Source of the DNA: Patescibacteria group bacterium
Lineage (GTDB): Bacteria; Patescibacteriota; WWE3; JAMCXX01; JBBTUG01
Direction of reading: 5' to 3'
Assembly: GCA_038063895.1 (NCBI GenBank)
Contig: JBBTUG010000012.1
Span: 14,165-78,164 of the forward strand
Length of the DNA stretch: 64,000 nucleotides
Under the pieces are notes generated by a model. The model saw only the letters and a list, made by a program, of their open reading frames with translations. It was not told where the DNA came from and searched no databases. Of this stretch, positions 18,484 through 29,135 are shown piece after piece (the first letter of the stretch is position 1; each line of letters begins with the position of its first letter). Both the position numbers and the translations under genes were made by a program.

Positions 18484-20592
18484 TCAAACCGACTCTAATA
18501 ATATCCGGGCGTCGAGGACAAGAAAACCGCGTTCATCAGCAGCCAGAGGATTAAGATCAATTTCGGCGATCTCCGGAAAATCCTCAACCAGCCGGCTGAA
18601 ATTGCACAGCAGAGTCGCTAATTCCTCCAAGTCGACTCCTTTCATTCCCCGGTAACCTGCCAGTAATTTATAGATTTGCGTCCGTTCAATCATCAATAGA
18701 GCCAAACGCTTATCCAAAGGAACAATCTCCATCGCAATATCCTTTATCGCTTCCACCTCAACCCCGCCCCGGCCGAAAGCCACCACCGGTCCGAAGGTTG
18801 GATCTTTTTTCATTCCGAGAAACAACTCAAATTTCCGGGGCTCAAAACGAGCGACGGTTACGCCCTCCGTGGCGGCATCGGAAGAAAATGCTTTCGCCCG
18901 AGCCACAACTTCATTAAACGCATTGGCTACTTTTTCTGGAGAATCCAGGTTTAATATTATTCCCCCGGCTTCGGTTTTGTGGCTAATATCCTTGGAAGCT
19001 ATTTTTACAACCACCGGAAAGCCGATTTTTTGAGCTACGGCGACGGCGTTCTCGGCAGTCGTGGCCATAAAACTTTCATTAACCGGGATATCGTAATTGC
19101 TAAGGAGCGTAATAACTTCCGAGAGGCTTAAAACCCTCCGGCCATCCTTCTGAACTTTTTCAATAATTTTTTTATTGGCGGCTTGGCCGAAGCCTAGTTC
19201 TTTGCTAATAGGCGGAGGGACTTCGCCGAGTAACTCCTTAGATCCAAAATAATTGGCTAAAGAGGTAAAGGCTCCGACTGCCTCTTCCGGAAAATCGAAA
19301 ACCGGGATTCGGTTATGTTTCAGTAACTCTCTAGCGGGGTCAACCAGACCACCTCCTAAAAATGCAGCTAGCACCGGCTTTGAACTCTTCTTTTTGATTT
19401 CAATCAGTCCCTCAGCTACACGCAACGGCTCTGTCATTGACTGCGGAGTTATAATCATTAATACTCCATCGACTTTCGCGTCTGTTAGGCAAATTTCCGC
19501 CGAGGCGCATATCTTTTCAGGTCTCGAGTCGCCGAGAACATCAACCGGGTTAGTCCGGCTTAAGGAGGTCTGGCCAAGCAATTTCTCTAAAGAGGTCATC
19601 GTCTCCGCGGAAAGCTCCGCCAGCCGGCCGTGATTTTCCGTTAAATAGTCAGTCGCCACAACCCCCGGCCCACCGGCGTTAGTCACAATCGCCAAACGGC
19701 CGTCTTTTAGCTCTCCGTACGGAAGCAACTTGGCCACATCGAAAAGCTCCCGGATAGTCCGGACTTGGATTAACCCGGACCTGGCAAAAGCGGCCGAATA
19801 AACGGCATCATCCCCAGCCAGGCTGCCGGTGTGGGAGAAGGCTGCTCTCGCCCCAGCTCCGTTCCGACCGCCTTTTAAAACCACCACCGGTTTTTTTAGA
19901 GAGCAACTGCGGGCCGAGGCTAAAAACTTTTGCGCGTTGGTTAATGATTCCAAATAGATAAGAATTCCGTCCGTTGCCGGGTCATTTTTGAGGTAAGTGA
20001 GTAGACCGGAAAAATCGACGTCAACTGTTTCCCCGACGGAAATAAAATAACTGAAACCGAGCTGCTCTTTTCCCGCCCAGTCCAAAACTGCCGAGCCTAA
20101 AGCGCCGCTTTGGGAAATAAAAGCAACCCGGCCCGGAAGCGGAGCCTGCTTAATAAAACTGGCGTTAAGCCGGGGGGTAAGAAAACCCAAACAGTTCGGC
20201 CCTAATACGGTCAGCCGGCTTTTTCGCACACTTTCCGTTAGCGCTGTAAAAAGTTTCTCGCCTTCGGCTCCTCCTTCCTTAAAACCGCTGGAAATAATAA
20301 TGGCGCTATCGATCCCTGCCCGGGCGCACTCTTCAATAATGCCGGGAACAGTGGCCGCCGGCGTAGCAATTACGGCTAAATCAATTTTTTCTTTGATGGA
20401 TAAAACGGAGGGGTAGGAGGTTAAACCAAAGACGGTCGCTCGATTGGGATTGACGGGATAAACGGTTAGGGGCTGGACGGAGCGCGAAAGATTTTCCAGC
20501 AGCGCCGTGCCCACTCGGCTAGGCTCTTCCGTCGCGCCGATGACGGCCACGGAGCGGGGATTGAATAAGTTCTTTAAGCCCGAATCGGTCAT
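18484..20592 (-). CDS. acetate--CoA ligase (ADP-forming), fused alpha/beta (NDP-forming acyl-CoA synthetase)
   Basis: An N-terminal CoA-binding domain (SVAVIGATEEPSRVG), a succinyl-CoA-synthetase-like domain and a C-terminal ATP-grasp domain make up the 702-aa product. Confidence 0.8.
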   Translation of the reverse strand: MTDSGLKNLFNPRSVAVIGATEEPSRVGTALLENLSRSVQPLTVYPVNPNRATVFGLTSYPSVLSIKEKIDLAVIATPAATVPGIIEECARAGIDSAIIISSGFKEGGAEGEKLFTALTESVRKSRLTVLGPNCLGFLTPRLNASFIKQAPLPGRVAFISQSGALGSAVLDWAGKEQLGFSYFISVGETVDVDFSGLLTYLKNDPATDGILIYLESLTNAQKFLASARSCSLKKPVVVLKGGRNGAGARAAFSHTGSLAGDDAVYSAAFARSGLIQVRTIRELFDVAKLLPYGELKDGRLAIVTNAGGPGVVATDYLTENHGRLAELSAETMTSLEKLLGQTSLSRTNPVDVLGDSRPEKICASAEICLTDAKVDGVLMIITPQSMTEPLRVAEGLIEIKKKSSKPVLAAFLGGGLVDPARELLKHNRIPVFDFPEEAVGAFTSLANYFGSKELLGEVPPPISKELGFGQAANKKIIEKVQKDGRRVLSLSEVITLLSNYDIPVNESFMATTAENAVAVAQKIGFPVVVKIASKDISHKTEAGGIILNLDSPEKVANAFNEVVARAKAFSSDAATEGVTVARFEPRKFELFLGMKKDPTFGPVVAFGRGGVEVEAIKDIAMEIVPLDKRLALLMIERTQIYKLLAGYRGMKGVDLEELATLLCNFSRLVEDFPEIAEIDLNPLAADERGFLVLDARILLESV

Positions 20593-20618
20593 CTTTATAG
20601 TCCGATTCTACTTTAGCA

Positions 20619-21824
20619 CTACTGAGTGGATTTTTCGACTAGCGTCAGGGCAACCCCCCTATTATTGGCCCGCCCGGTCCGGCCGATCCGGTGGACGTAG
20701 TCGTCGTAGGAGGCAGGCAGATCATAGTTGATAACATGGCTGACTTCCTGGATATCGAGTCCGCGGGAGGCAACATCTGTCGCCAAAAGAATATCGATCT
20801 CGCCCCTTTTGAACTGGTCCATTACCTTTTGCCGCTGGCTCTGGCGTTTGTTGCCGTGCAGGGCGCCGGCCTTAAAACCCCGGATAACTAACTCATCCGC
20901 CAGTTTTTGCACGCCCCACTTTGTTCGGCCGAAAATCAGGACTTTACTGAAACCGTCTTTTATTAGCAAATCATGCAATTGGTCTATTTTATTCCGGCCA
21001 CGCTCAAGTTCAATAACTGATTGGTCAATATTTTCAGCCGTGTCCTGGTGTTTGACGGAAATCATCAGCGGATTACGGACGAAAGCGTTTAGGGTTTCCC
21101 GGACCTTGCCGGAAATCGTCGCGGAAAAAAAGAGAGACTGGCGGACGGGCGGAAACAGGGAAATAAAATATTTAATTTCATCAATAAAACCGATGTCCAC
21201 CATCCGGTCCGCTTCGTCCAGTACCACCGTCTTAAATTGGGAAAGGGAAAGATGTCTTTCCTGAATAAGATCCTTAACCCGGCCCGGCGTTCCGATAACG
21301 AAACTGGGATTACGTCTTAAATCTTTAATCTGCCGGAACATCGGAAGGCCGCCGACACATAAAGCAGAGTAAATCCCCATCCCCCGGGTAAAAGAGGTCA
21401 GCTCTTCGTTAATCTGTAGCGCCAATTCCCGGGTCGGCGCGAGAATAAAAACCTTCTCCGAACGGTTTTTGAATACTTTATCAACCAGCGGGATGAGGAA
21501 CGCTGCCGTTTTTCCGGTCCCCGTATTGGCCACACCGACAACGTCGCGACCAGTTATAATCGCTCCGATCGCCTCATCCTGGATTTGGGTCGGCAGCCCG
21601 TACCTCTTCGCCCGGATATTGTTTTTAAGTATCTCGACAATAGGAAAGTCTTCGAAACGGTGGAGCGGGGCGAAGGATTTCGCGATGTCTGTTGTGCGGA
21701 CGTTTTTCACAGCGCAAACCGACCGGATTGCCCGGATGATATCGGCGGTGTTAACCCCGCTTTGAGCGTACCGGCGGCGGAAATTATTATTGTTGCCTGG
21801 GCGTCTATTTCTTTGTTGATACAT
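20619..21824 (-). CDS. DEAD-box ATP-dependent RNA helicase
   Basis: The product has Q-motif PTQIQ, Walker A ANTGTGKTAAF, DEAD (VLDEADRM), SAT and HRIGRTGR. The N-terminal RG/N-rich extension is unusual. Confidence 0.85.
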   Translation of the reverse strand: MYQQRNRRPGNNNNFRRRYAQSGVNTADIIRAIRSVCAVKNVRTTDIAKSFAPLHRFEDFPIVEILKNNIRAKRYGLPTQIQDEAIGAIITGRDVVGVANTGTGKTAAFLIPLVDKVFKNRSEKVFILAPTRELALQINEELTSFTRGMGIYSALCVGGLPMFRQIKDLRRNPSFVIGTPGRVKDLIQERHLSLSQFKTVVLDEADRMVDIGFIDEIKYFISLFPPVRQSLFFSATISGKVRETLNAFVRNPLMISVKHQDTAENIDQSVIELERGRNKIDQLHDLLIKDGFSKVLIFGRTKWGVQKLADELVIRGFKAGALHGNKRQSQRQKVMDQFKRGEIDILLATDVASRGLDIQEVSHVINYDLPASYDDYVHRIGRTGRANNRGVALTLVEKSTQ

Positions 21825-22059
21825 AGCTTTAAGAGAAAACTAAAATCCCTTGTTAAAAGAGTATAACTGCTTAAATGAGAAGTGTGTGACTAGGAAGAAA
21901 GATACGAGAAGAATAACAAGTAGTAATTGGGTATCTTTATCTTTTCTATTCAAACTAAATCAAAGTTAAGCAGATAGACTGTCTCAATCTGCCACTCATC
22001 TATCATTATACCACACTTACCCATCTTTGTCAAACTATGGGATTCTGACCTAGATTTGG

Positions 22060-22100
22060 GCCCCGAAAAAGATTGGTGCCGGTAAAAATACCAGCACCAA
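22060..22100 (-). terminator. intrinsic terminator after the 22107-22658 gene
   Basis: A 10-bp stem (UUGGUGCUGG/CCGGCACCAA) with one mismatch is followed by UCUUUUUC on the minus strand. Confidence 0.5.
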
Positions 22101-22106
22101 ACAGTT

Positions 22107-22658
22107 CTACCAATTTTCCACTGTTAGGTCCTTCAAGCCGTCGACGAACAGGACACAGCGCTTTATCTGCTCGAGGCCTAAACAACCGAGGTACCCCCGC
22201 GCTTCGTAAACACCATACCCAATTGGGTTGTCATTCGTGTCGAGGGTCATGTACACTTCCGCAGTCCCGTCCTTTGGGTTCTGGCTGATACAACCGGCAA
22301 AGCCGCTGCGGAGAAAGATTGTAAACCCGCTACCGTCGGTGTGACCGGTCCAATCTTCCAACTCCACCAGATCGGCGTTGGCGATGTGAAAGCGACTTTT
22401 TTCGCCCCAAAAAAACGCCTCCCAGGCTACCTTCTGAGCGGGAGTCATCTCCGGCTCCACCAGCAGAAACTCCGTGTGAACGGTCTGCCAGTTGAACTTC
22501 AAACAGCCCATCGGCACTGCGCCCTTGGGGAGAAGTTCCCCTTTATACCGGAGCCCGAAACACCCACCGACCCCGCCGGCGGCTAAAATCCGCTCACTGT
22601 AAAAAAACGTGGCGAAGTCCAAATTAGCGCAAACACTCGCCGTAAAAGTTTTTGCCAT
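22107..22658 (-). CDS. hypothetical protein (183 aa)
   Basis: A strong SD (AAGGAGGT) lies 5 nt before ATG at 22658, followed by MAKTFTASV. I recognise no family. Confidence 0.45.
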   Translation of the reverse strand: MAKTFTASVCANLDFATFFYSERILAAGGVGGCFGLRYKGELLPKGAVPMGCLKFNWQTVHTEFLLVEPEMTPAQKVAWEAFFWGEKSRFHIANADLVELEDWTGHTDGSGFTIFLRSGFAGCISQNPKDGTAEVYMTLDTNDNPIGYGVYEARGYLGCLGLEQIKRCVLFVDGLKDLTVENW

Positions 22659-22910
22659 CTCATACCTCCTTTTTGATATGTCCCACACGGAGGCCGGTCC
22701 GCGTGATGGCTTGGCTTTAAAATCAATTTCCCATGGCCCATTGGGATAATTGGTAACTTATCCTACCATATTCTTATGGGTTTGTCAAATTATAGGGTTG
22801 TTAAAGATGTCGCCAATATATGTACGATCGGATATTAAAAGATGACACTATCAAAAGCTCAAAGTATTCTCAGCTGTTTCCCAGCCGATGATATCCCTCG
22901 GCGGGGCTGG

Positions 22911-23198
22911 TTACACCTGAGCTACCAAAACGGTATAGTTCTTTCCGTAGTGCTTCGCGCATTTCGGACAAGTCGTATAGAAAAAATACAACTTTTTTAT
23001 CTGTTTGCCTTTGGCTGTTACGAACGTCCCCATCTCTTTAACCATTACCTGGCCAAAATTCAGGGGTATATGGAAAAAACTGCGGACGTGATCCTTAAGG
23101 AAGAGTTTATCCGTCCAGGTCATTTCTTTCTCATCCCACGGTTCCGGAGAAAAGCGCGGACAGCAGCCGGTTTCGGAAGTTTCACAAAGTGTTTCCAT
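22911..23198 (-). CDS. hypothetical 4-Cys small protein (GCCPRF...TCPKC), probable Zn-binding
   Basis: The 95-aa ORF has Cys pairs at both ends. Confidence 0.35.
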   Translation of the reverse strand: METLCETSETGCCPRFSPEPWDEKEMTWTDKLFLKDHVRSFFHIPLNFGQVMVKEMGTFVTAKGKQIKKLYFFYTTCPKCAKHYGKNYTVLVAQV

Positions 23199-23280
23199 AT
23201 TATCCGTCTATTTTATTTGTTCACCTCCTCATCCATTATTATTGAAAATAAAACTCGATCGAGTTATAAATACAAATATT

Positions 23281-24231
23281 TCAATAAACTAAAAATAGAT
23301 AAAGCAAGTATGAAAATAAGAGAACGAAACCTGGCCAACGCCCTACCACCTTTCCGGAATAAAATTTAATTACGCCAAAAGCGGCACAGGTAAATAGAAA
23401 AAGGGCGACTAAAGATAATGTGTGGACAGATGAAGAAACGTTAGAAAACATTACCGATATAGATCCCAACAGAGTCAGATTGATAATGTTGCTGCCAATG
23501 ACGTTCCCCAGAAGCAGTTTTCCCTCTTTCTTCATCGCGGCGGCGACAGAAACCGAAAGTTCCGGCAGGCTGGTGCCGATGGCCACGATGGAAAGACCGA
23601 CTACCTCTTGAGAGATATTAAAAAACGCAGCGATAACTAGAGCTGAACTGACTAGAAAGTTACTACTTATAATCAGACCTGCCAACGAACTAATTAGAGC
23701 CAACCACTTAAATAGATTGAATGGCGCCGGCGAATGTGGAAGTAAATACAATAGATCTTCCTTTAAGGAGCCCTCCTTACCCCACACAGTTTCCAGAAAG
23801 ATAAAGAGAATTGCCAATAATAGAAGAAGGGGAGATAAGACACGTCTGACATCGTAAGGAGCCAGTTGGAGGAAGATAAAAGCGACTGTAACCACCAAAA
23901 GAAAGGTGTTATTGCGCTGTGTTTTTGCTGTTCCGACCTTAAGCGGTGAGAATAATAAGGCTGCACCAAAAACCAACCCGATATTAGCAATATTCGAACC
24001 GATAATGTTGCCCAAAGATAAATCCCCGCTTTTTTGGGCAATTGAGGAAATAGTGACCGCCAACTCCGGGAAAGACGTCCCGATAGCAACAACCGTAGCC
24101 CCTATGACCAGCGGAGAGAGTCGGAATCTTTTGGCGAGAGAAACAGATAGTCTTACTAAAATATCCGCGGAAGCTGCCAAAGCAATAAGACTAATGAGAA
24201 ATATCAACAAGTTAAGGATAATCATATCCAT
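23281..24231 (-). CDS. Ca2+/Na+ antiporter, CaCA (YrbG) family
   Basis: Two alpha-repeat motifs are present (GTSFPEL, GTSLPEL). Confidence 0.8.
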   Translation of the reverse strand: MDMIILNLLIFLISLIALAASADILVRLSVSLAKRFRLSPLVIGATVVAIGTSFPELAVTISSIAQKSGDLSLGNIIGSNIANIGLVFGAALLFSPLKVGTAKTQRNNTFLLVVTVAFIFLQLAPYDVRRVLSPLLLLLAILFIFLETVWGKEGSLKEDLLYLLPHSPAPFNLFKWLALISSLAGLIISSNFLVSSALVIAAFFNISQEVVGLSIVAIGTSLPELSVSVAAAMKKEGKLLLGNVIGSNIINLTLLGSISVMFSNVSSSVHTLSLVALFLFTCAAFGVIKFYSGKVVGRWPGFVLLFSYLLYLFLVY

Positions 24232-24244
24232 TAAGATTATATGA

Positions 24245-25243
24245 CTAATTTAAATATCTGCGGATGTTTGCCAAGTGTTCTGCATACGTTTCCGCACAGT
24301 GGATTTTCCCCAACCGGTCGTGCAGATAAAAAAGACAGGCCGTTTCTTCGGGCTTAAGGGCCGCTTCAATCATCGTAATATTCGGGCTGCAAATCGGTGT
24401 GGGCGGCAAACCTTTGTATAAATAACTGTTATAGGGAGAATCATTTTGTTTTTCGGCCAAGTCCACGCTCCCCCACCAACTCCCGTCCGCTCTTTTGCCC
24501 AGGGTATATTGCATCGTCGCGTCAATCTGCAGCGGCATTCCGATGTTCAACCGGTTCCAAATAACCCCGGAAATCAGCCGCATATCCGCCGCACCACCGG
24601 CTTCCCGGGCAATCAGTGAGGCAATTTTTAACCCCGTCGTCCATTTAATATTGGCGGCGATAAATTGAGGGGCAAGCGGGGAAAACTTCTCGTTAAAACG
24701 GTCGGTCAGCCGCTTGGCAATCTCCGCCACTGATCCGTCAACCGGAAGAAGGTAGGTATCGGGATAATAAACGCCTTCAAAATAATCGGGATTACCAGAG
24801 GCGGCAAGTGTATTCCACTCCGCCTCTTTCCCGCTTTCCCAGCCAAAAATTCCGGCCAGTTTTTCCCCGATCTGCTCCCGCCGCGGACAGCCGGAAATGG
24901 TGATCCACATTAAATCCGGCCGGCCGATTATTTTCGCTAAAACCCCCCACGCCGTCATTCCTTGGTTCAGCCGATACCCGCCGGATTGGATCTTCACCTC
25001 TTTGGCAAAGGTGTCCAGTAAAAATTGGAAAGCTACAGCGTTGCGGATTAAGCCTTTTTCTTTTAGGCTCTCCGAAGGTTTAAACCCCGAAGAATCTTGC
25101 GGCACGGAAAATATTTCGTCTCCGGCACTCGTTCCCACCGCTCCGAAAAAATACCATCCAAAAGTAAGACCCACTAGGGAAATTAACATCAGAAGCTTTG
25201 TTATATTTCTTATGTTTTTCATATACGACAATGCCTTTGTCAT
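24245..25243 (-). CDS. mltG: endolytic murein transglycosylase MltG (YceG-like)
   Basis: An N-terminal TM segment precedes a YceG-like domain. The likely true start is MKNIRN at 25222. Confidence 0.7.
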   Translation of the reverse strand: MTKALSYMKNIRNITKLLMLISLVGLTFGWYFFGAVGTSAGDEIFSVPQDSSGFKPSESLKEKGLIRNAVAFQFLLDTFAKEVKIQSGGYRLNQGMTAWGVLAKIIGRPDLMWITISGCPRREQIGEKLAGIFGWESGKEAEWNTLAASGNPDYFEGVYYPDTYLLPVDGSVAEIAKRLTDRFNEKFSPLAPQFIAANIKWTTGLKIASLIAREAGGAADMRLISGVIWNRLNIGMPLQIDATMQYTLGKRADGSWWGSVDLAEKQNDSPYNSYLYKGLPPTPICSPNITMIEAALKPEETACLFYLHDRLGKIHCAETYAEHLANIRRYLN

Positions 25244-25295
25244 TATAACCTAATCTGTTGTGGTAAGACGGTATGGATAAAGATATACTAATCTT

Positions 25296-25895
25296 GTGCC
25301 TTACTTGTTTTTCTCTTTTCACGATCCGAAAGGGCTTCAGACAGAACATCTGCAAAAAATGCTGCCAATTCTTAAAGAGCATTTCCAGAGCGCTTTTGTC
25401 AGCATCACCCCCGAAACGGTCACGCAAAATAAGACTGCAACTGCCTTCATTCAAAGTAACCCCTTCTTTACATTCAACTTAAATGAAGAGAACTCAACCC
25501 TCGGTGAACATTACCTTTCCGGCTTTAGAAACGTTGTAGCCAAGGGTCAGCCGGACCAGTTGGTTCATCTGGCTGCCTCGGATCGGCTCGCCTTTACCCT
25601 TCTCGGTAAATACAAAGACATTTATTTGGAAGATATTAAGAAGGTCGCGAATGGTGACACCCCTTTCTTGTTTATGCGCTCAGAAATAGCTTGGGCAACA
25701 CATCCGCAAAACTACTACACCGCCGAAACGATGAGCACCGTGGCCGGAAAAATTCTCTTCGGTAAGACGCTGGATTTTACATGGTGCTACCTGATTTTAA
25801 CCGTCCGGCAGTTAACCGAGCTACTGGAAAGAATTACGGCAAAAGATTTAGTCATCTTTGCAGAAATGATTTTTCTTCTCAAAGACAAAATTTAA
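25296..25895 (+). CDS. hypothetical protein (199 aa)
   Basis: The ORF-track entry has no recognisable family. Confidence 0.4.
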   Translation: MPYLFFSFHDPKGLQTEHLQKMLPILKEHFQSAFVSITPETVTQNKTATAFIQSNPFFTFNLNEENSTLGEHYLSGFRNVVAKGQPDQLVHLAASDRLAFTLLGKYKDIYLEDIKKVANGDTPFLFMRSEIAWATHPQNYYTAETMSTVAGKILFGKTLDFTWCYLILTVRQLTELLERITAKDLVIFAEMIFLLKDKI

Positions 25896-26056
25896 ACTCA
25901 AGAAGTTGACTGGCTTTCGTGGGAAGATCCTTTCGTTTTCGGCAAAGATCCGGAGGAACTAAAAAGGGAACGGGAAAAAGATCCGCTTGAAGTTGAAAGA
26001 AGATTGGGCTACGTTTTGCCTGTAGTCCGGTATCTCCTCAAGACATATACCAATTC

Positions 26057-26440
26057 TTAAGCTTCGTGCGCGGCTAGGGCTTCGGTCATCGTTCGATGCA
26101 CCGTTCCATCTTTGTGTTCTGCCGGACTGTAAATCGTATACAATTTCATCACTTCAGAGCCGGTATTAACAACGTTGTGTTCCGTTCCAGCCGGAATAAC
26201 TACCGCAAAGCCGTTACTGACTAACGACTTTTCTCCGTCTAAAACCACCTCTCCGTGGCCCGATTCAAAACGGAAAAACTGGTCGTGTTCGGGATGCGTT
26301 TCCATTCCGATTTCCTCTCCCGGCTGTAGCGCCATTACAACCAGTTGGCTGTGCGGAGCGGTAAAAAGAACCTCTCGGAAATAATCGTTTCCTAAAGTTT
26401 TTTCTTCAATGTTACCTACATATCCTTTTATACATATCAC
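26057..26440 (-). CDS. cupin-domain protein
   Basis: The product has two cupin motifs (GMETHPEHDQFFRF..G, VIPAGTEHNVVN). Confidence 0.75.
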   Translation of the reverse strand: MICIKGYVGNIEEKTLGNDYFREVLFTAPHSQLVVMALQPGEEIGMETHPEHDQFFRFESGHGEVVLDGEKSLVSNGFAVVIPAGTEHNVVNTGSEVMKLYTIYSPAEHKDGTVHRTMTEALAAHEA

Positions 26441-26446
26441 CTCCTT

Positions 26447-27220
26447 TTAGTTGACTAAACGCTCTAAGATATTGCCGACAAAGAAAGCGGCCGCGGCTGC
26501 GAAAGAACCGATAAGCAGCATTTCGAGCCCGCCCCGGACCCAGGTTACGGCGGTGACTAAACTGCGGGAGGCACCAACTGTAAACAGGGCCAAACCGCCA
26601 ATCAATGTTGATAATTCTAAGCGATAAGGAAGGTTGGGGATCAAAAATGGGATAAGCGGCAAAAGACCGGCGATTACGAAAGCGGAAAAAGTCGCCAGAG
26701 CGTGCTTTAAAGGTTTTTCATCTTCGTCAAGAAAAATATTCAACTCATCCCGCATCATCGTTTCCAGCCAAACGTTTTTATCGGCAATGGTTGCATTTAC
26801 GGCGCGTTCCAAAGTTTCGCCGGAAAATCCTTTTTTCAGGTAAATCTCCCGGATCTCCTCAACCTCGATATCCCTTAAATTTTCGATTTCCCAGATTTCT
26901 TTTTCTTTTTGCGTCTGGGCGTAATCTCTCTCCGATTTCCGGCCTAAGTAATTACTGGCCCCCATTGACAAGCCATCAGCCAAGATATTGGCAAAACCTA
27001 AAATAATGACGACGATGGGGGAAAGCGCCGCGCCAGCCGCGCCGGCGATGACCGAAAAGGTGGTAATTATTCCGTCGTTAGCGCCGTAAACTAAGTCGCC
27101 GACGTATTTGCCTGTTAAGTGATGGTGGTATAAATCCTCCTGCTGGCGGTACTTCTTATTCTCCGCCAAAAACTTCTCTTTCTTTTCTAAAGCTTCATTA
27201 ATTTTCGTCTCGTTTTCCAT
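26447..27220 (-). CDS. VIT1/CCC1-family iron/manganese transporter
   Basis: The product contains GANDGIITTFSVIAGAAGA and C-terminal TM helices. Confidence 0.7.
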   Translation of the reverse strand: MENETKINEALEKKEKFLAENKKYRQQEDLYHHHLTGKYVGDLVYGANDGIITTFSVIAGAAGAALSPIVVIILGFANILADGLSMGASNYLGRKSERDYAQTQKEKEIWEIENLRDIEVEEIREIYLKKGFSGETLERAVNATIADKNVWLETMMRDELNIFLDEDEKPLKHALATFSAFVIAGLLPLIPFLIPNLPYRLELSTLIGGLALFTVGASRSLVTAVTWVRGGLEMLLIGSFAAAAAFFVGNILERLVN

Positions 27221-27272
27221 GGTTTAATATTAAGTTTTCAAATAATGTTGGTTATTGGATTAATCAAAACGA

Positions 27273-28670
27273 TTAAGAACCAAACTGCTGAGCGTCGCTG
27301 CGGGATTGGATGACTTTCATTTGGCACAGTTCCCGTAAGCCATGAATCCCGCGCTCGCGGCCCATCCCGGAATTTTTATAACCGCCGAAGGGATCACAAG
27401 GCGAAAAACGGCTTTCCTCATTTATCGCGACGGAGCCGGCATCGATTCGGGAGGCGACCCTTTCGGCTCGCACCTTATCATCTGAAATAACTCTTGCCCC
27501 TAATCCGTACACTGTATCATTAGCTAAAGCGACCGCCTCTTCCTCGGTCTTAAAAGTCATAATCGGCAGAATAGGGCCAAAAACTTCCTCGCGCCAGACC
27601 CGCATGTCCCTGGTTACATTCGTTAACAACGTAAGTGGGAAAAAGGCTCCTTTTAGACTTTGATCAAGCCTTGTCTGCGCGGCGATCACCGCGCCCTTAT
27701 CAAGTGCGTCCTGCAGTTGTTCATTTAGTAATTGTTGTTGGCGTTTAGCCACTAGACTACCGAGATCGGTTTGGGGATCTAGGGGATTACCAATTTTTTG
27801 CCGTTCAATAATTTCTTTCAAGGCAAGCGTCAGCTTCTCCGCCACAGATTCGTGAACGATTAGCCGTTTGATGGCATTGCATACCTGGCCGCAGTGGCGA
27901 AACCGTCCGCCGAAGATAACTGGGGCAGCTAAAGCGACGTCAACATCTTCGAACACGACGCAGGGGTTAGAACCGCCCATCTCCAAAACAACTTTAATAA
28001 ATTTTTCGGCGGCGGTTTTATAAAGTGCCTTGCCCGTCCGGGTACTTCCCGTAAACCAAATCAGGTTGATGTCGCTTTCGGATAATTTCCGCCCGACGGT
28101 TCCGTCGCCGTAAACCTCCGCAAAAACCCCTTCGGGTAAGTTATGGTTTAAAATTATTTCATCGACCAGCTGACCAACCAGCGGACACTCTTCCGAAGTC
28201 TTAAAAACAACAACATTGCCGGCGACCAAATTGGGAAAAATCCCCCAAACCGCCATCCCGAAAGGGAAATTCCAGGGGGCGATACTGGCCACCACTCCGT
28301 AGGGCTCGTACACAATCCGGTGCAGCGATTGGTCATCTTTTAGGGTAACTTCGTCGGCCAGGGCTTCCGGACCGTTTTCTAAGAACCAGGTGAGTTCCTC
28401 GATATATCTGGTCACTTCAGAGGTGCTTTCATTAATTGCTTTGCCGGTTTCCTTACTGATAAGCATCGAAATCTCTTCCGTTCGCAGTTTAAACTCCTCC
28501 CGGATTGGGACCAGTAACTTAATCCGACCTTCAATCCCGAGTTCTTTCCACGCTCTTTTCGCCGCGTGGGCTTTTTCGATCTTGAGAGTTATCTCGGCAT
28601 CGGTTGAAACCTCAACTTCGCCGGTTTTGGCGTAATTATCCGCCGGATTTGTTGAAATTAATTTTGTCAT
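27273..28670 (-). CDS. NAD(P)-dependent aldehyde dehydrogenase
   Basis: The 465-aa product has the ALDH-family layout with catalytic Cys (RHCGQVCNAIKRL) and Glu (LEMGGSNP). Confidence 0.85.
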   Translation of the reverse strand: MTKLISTNPADNYAKTGEVEVSTDAEITLKIEKAHAAKRAWKELGIEGRIKLLVPIREEFKLRTEEISMLISKETGKAINESTSEVTRYIEELTWFLENGPEALADEVTLKDDQSLHRIVYEPYGVVASIAPWNFPFGMAVWGIFPNLVAGNVVVFKTSEECPLVGQLVDEIILNHNLPEGVFAEVYGDGTVGRKLSESDINLIWFTGSTRTGKALYKTAAEKFIKVVLEMGGSNPCVVFEDVDVALAAPVIFGGRFRHCGQVCNAIKRLIVHESVAEKLTLALKEIIERQKIGNPLDPQTDLGSLVAKRQQQLLNEQLQDALDKGAVIAAQTRLDQSLKGAFFPLTLLTNVTRDMRVWREEVFGPILPIMTFKTEEEAVALANDTVYGLGARVISDDKVRAERVASRIDAGSVAINEESRFSPCDPFGGYKNSGMGRERGIHGLRELCQMKVIQSRSDAQQFGS

Positions 28671-28745
28671 TGTGAGTTATTAACCAAGATCTTTCCGCTC
28701 ACGATAAATCCGTATCAGCAATTTCGAGGATTAGAGTTTTGTTGT

Positions 28746-29096
28746 TCATGGTTTCAACCGTTTTTGACGATTAATGGCGGCGGCATAGGTAAAAGCGTAA
28801 AAATAAGTGTGCCAAAGTTGGTCGGAAGATTTCCAGGTGTTCTCCCCGAAAAAATAATCGACTAAAGTTTCTCGCAGCCGGGCAAGCTCCTTCAGACGGG
28901 AACCGATTTTAGTCGCCTGCAGCGATAAATCCAATAGTTCCAATGCCCGGAAGAAAGCCGTTTGACTGTACTCCGGATTGCCTTTTTTCTTCCACGAAAT
29001 TGCCCGCTCAACCTCAGAGCCAACGTTGGCTAATTGCTCCACTATTGTCATTTCTGCCCACCTCTCAAGCGTAAGGTGTTTGTAATATCTGGTCAT
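28746..29096 (-). CDS. hypothetical protein (116 aa)
   Basis: The ORF-track entry has no recognisable family. Confidence 0.35.
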   Translation of the reverse strand: MTRYYKHLTLERWAEMTIVEQLANVGSEVERAISWKKKGNPEYSQTAFFRALELLDLSLQATKIGSRLKELARLRETLVDYFFGENTWKSSDQLWHTYFYAFTYAAAINRQKRLKP

Positions 29097-29135
29097 GTCA
29101 CTTGGTTAGCAGCTTCAACATAATAAGTATCTCTA

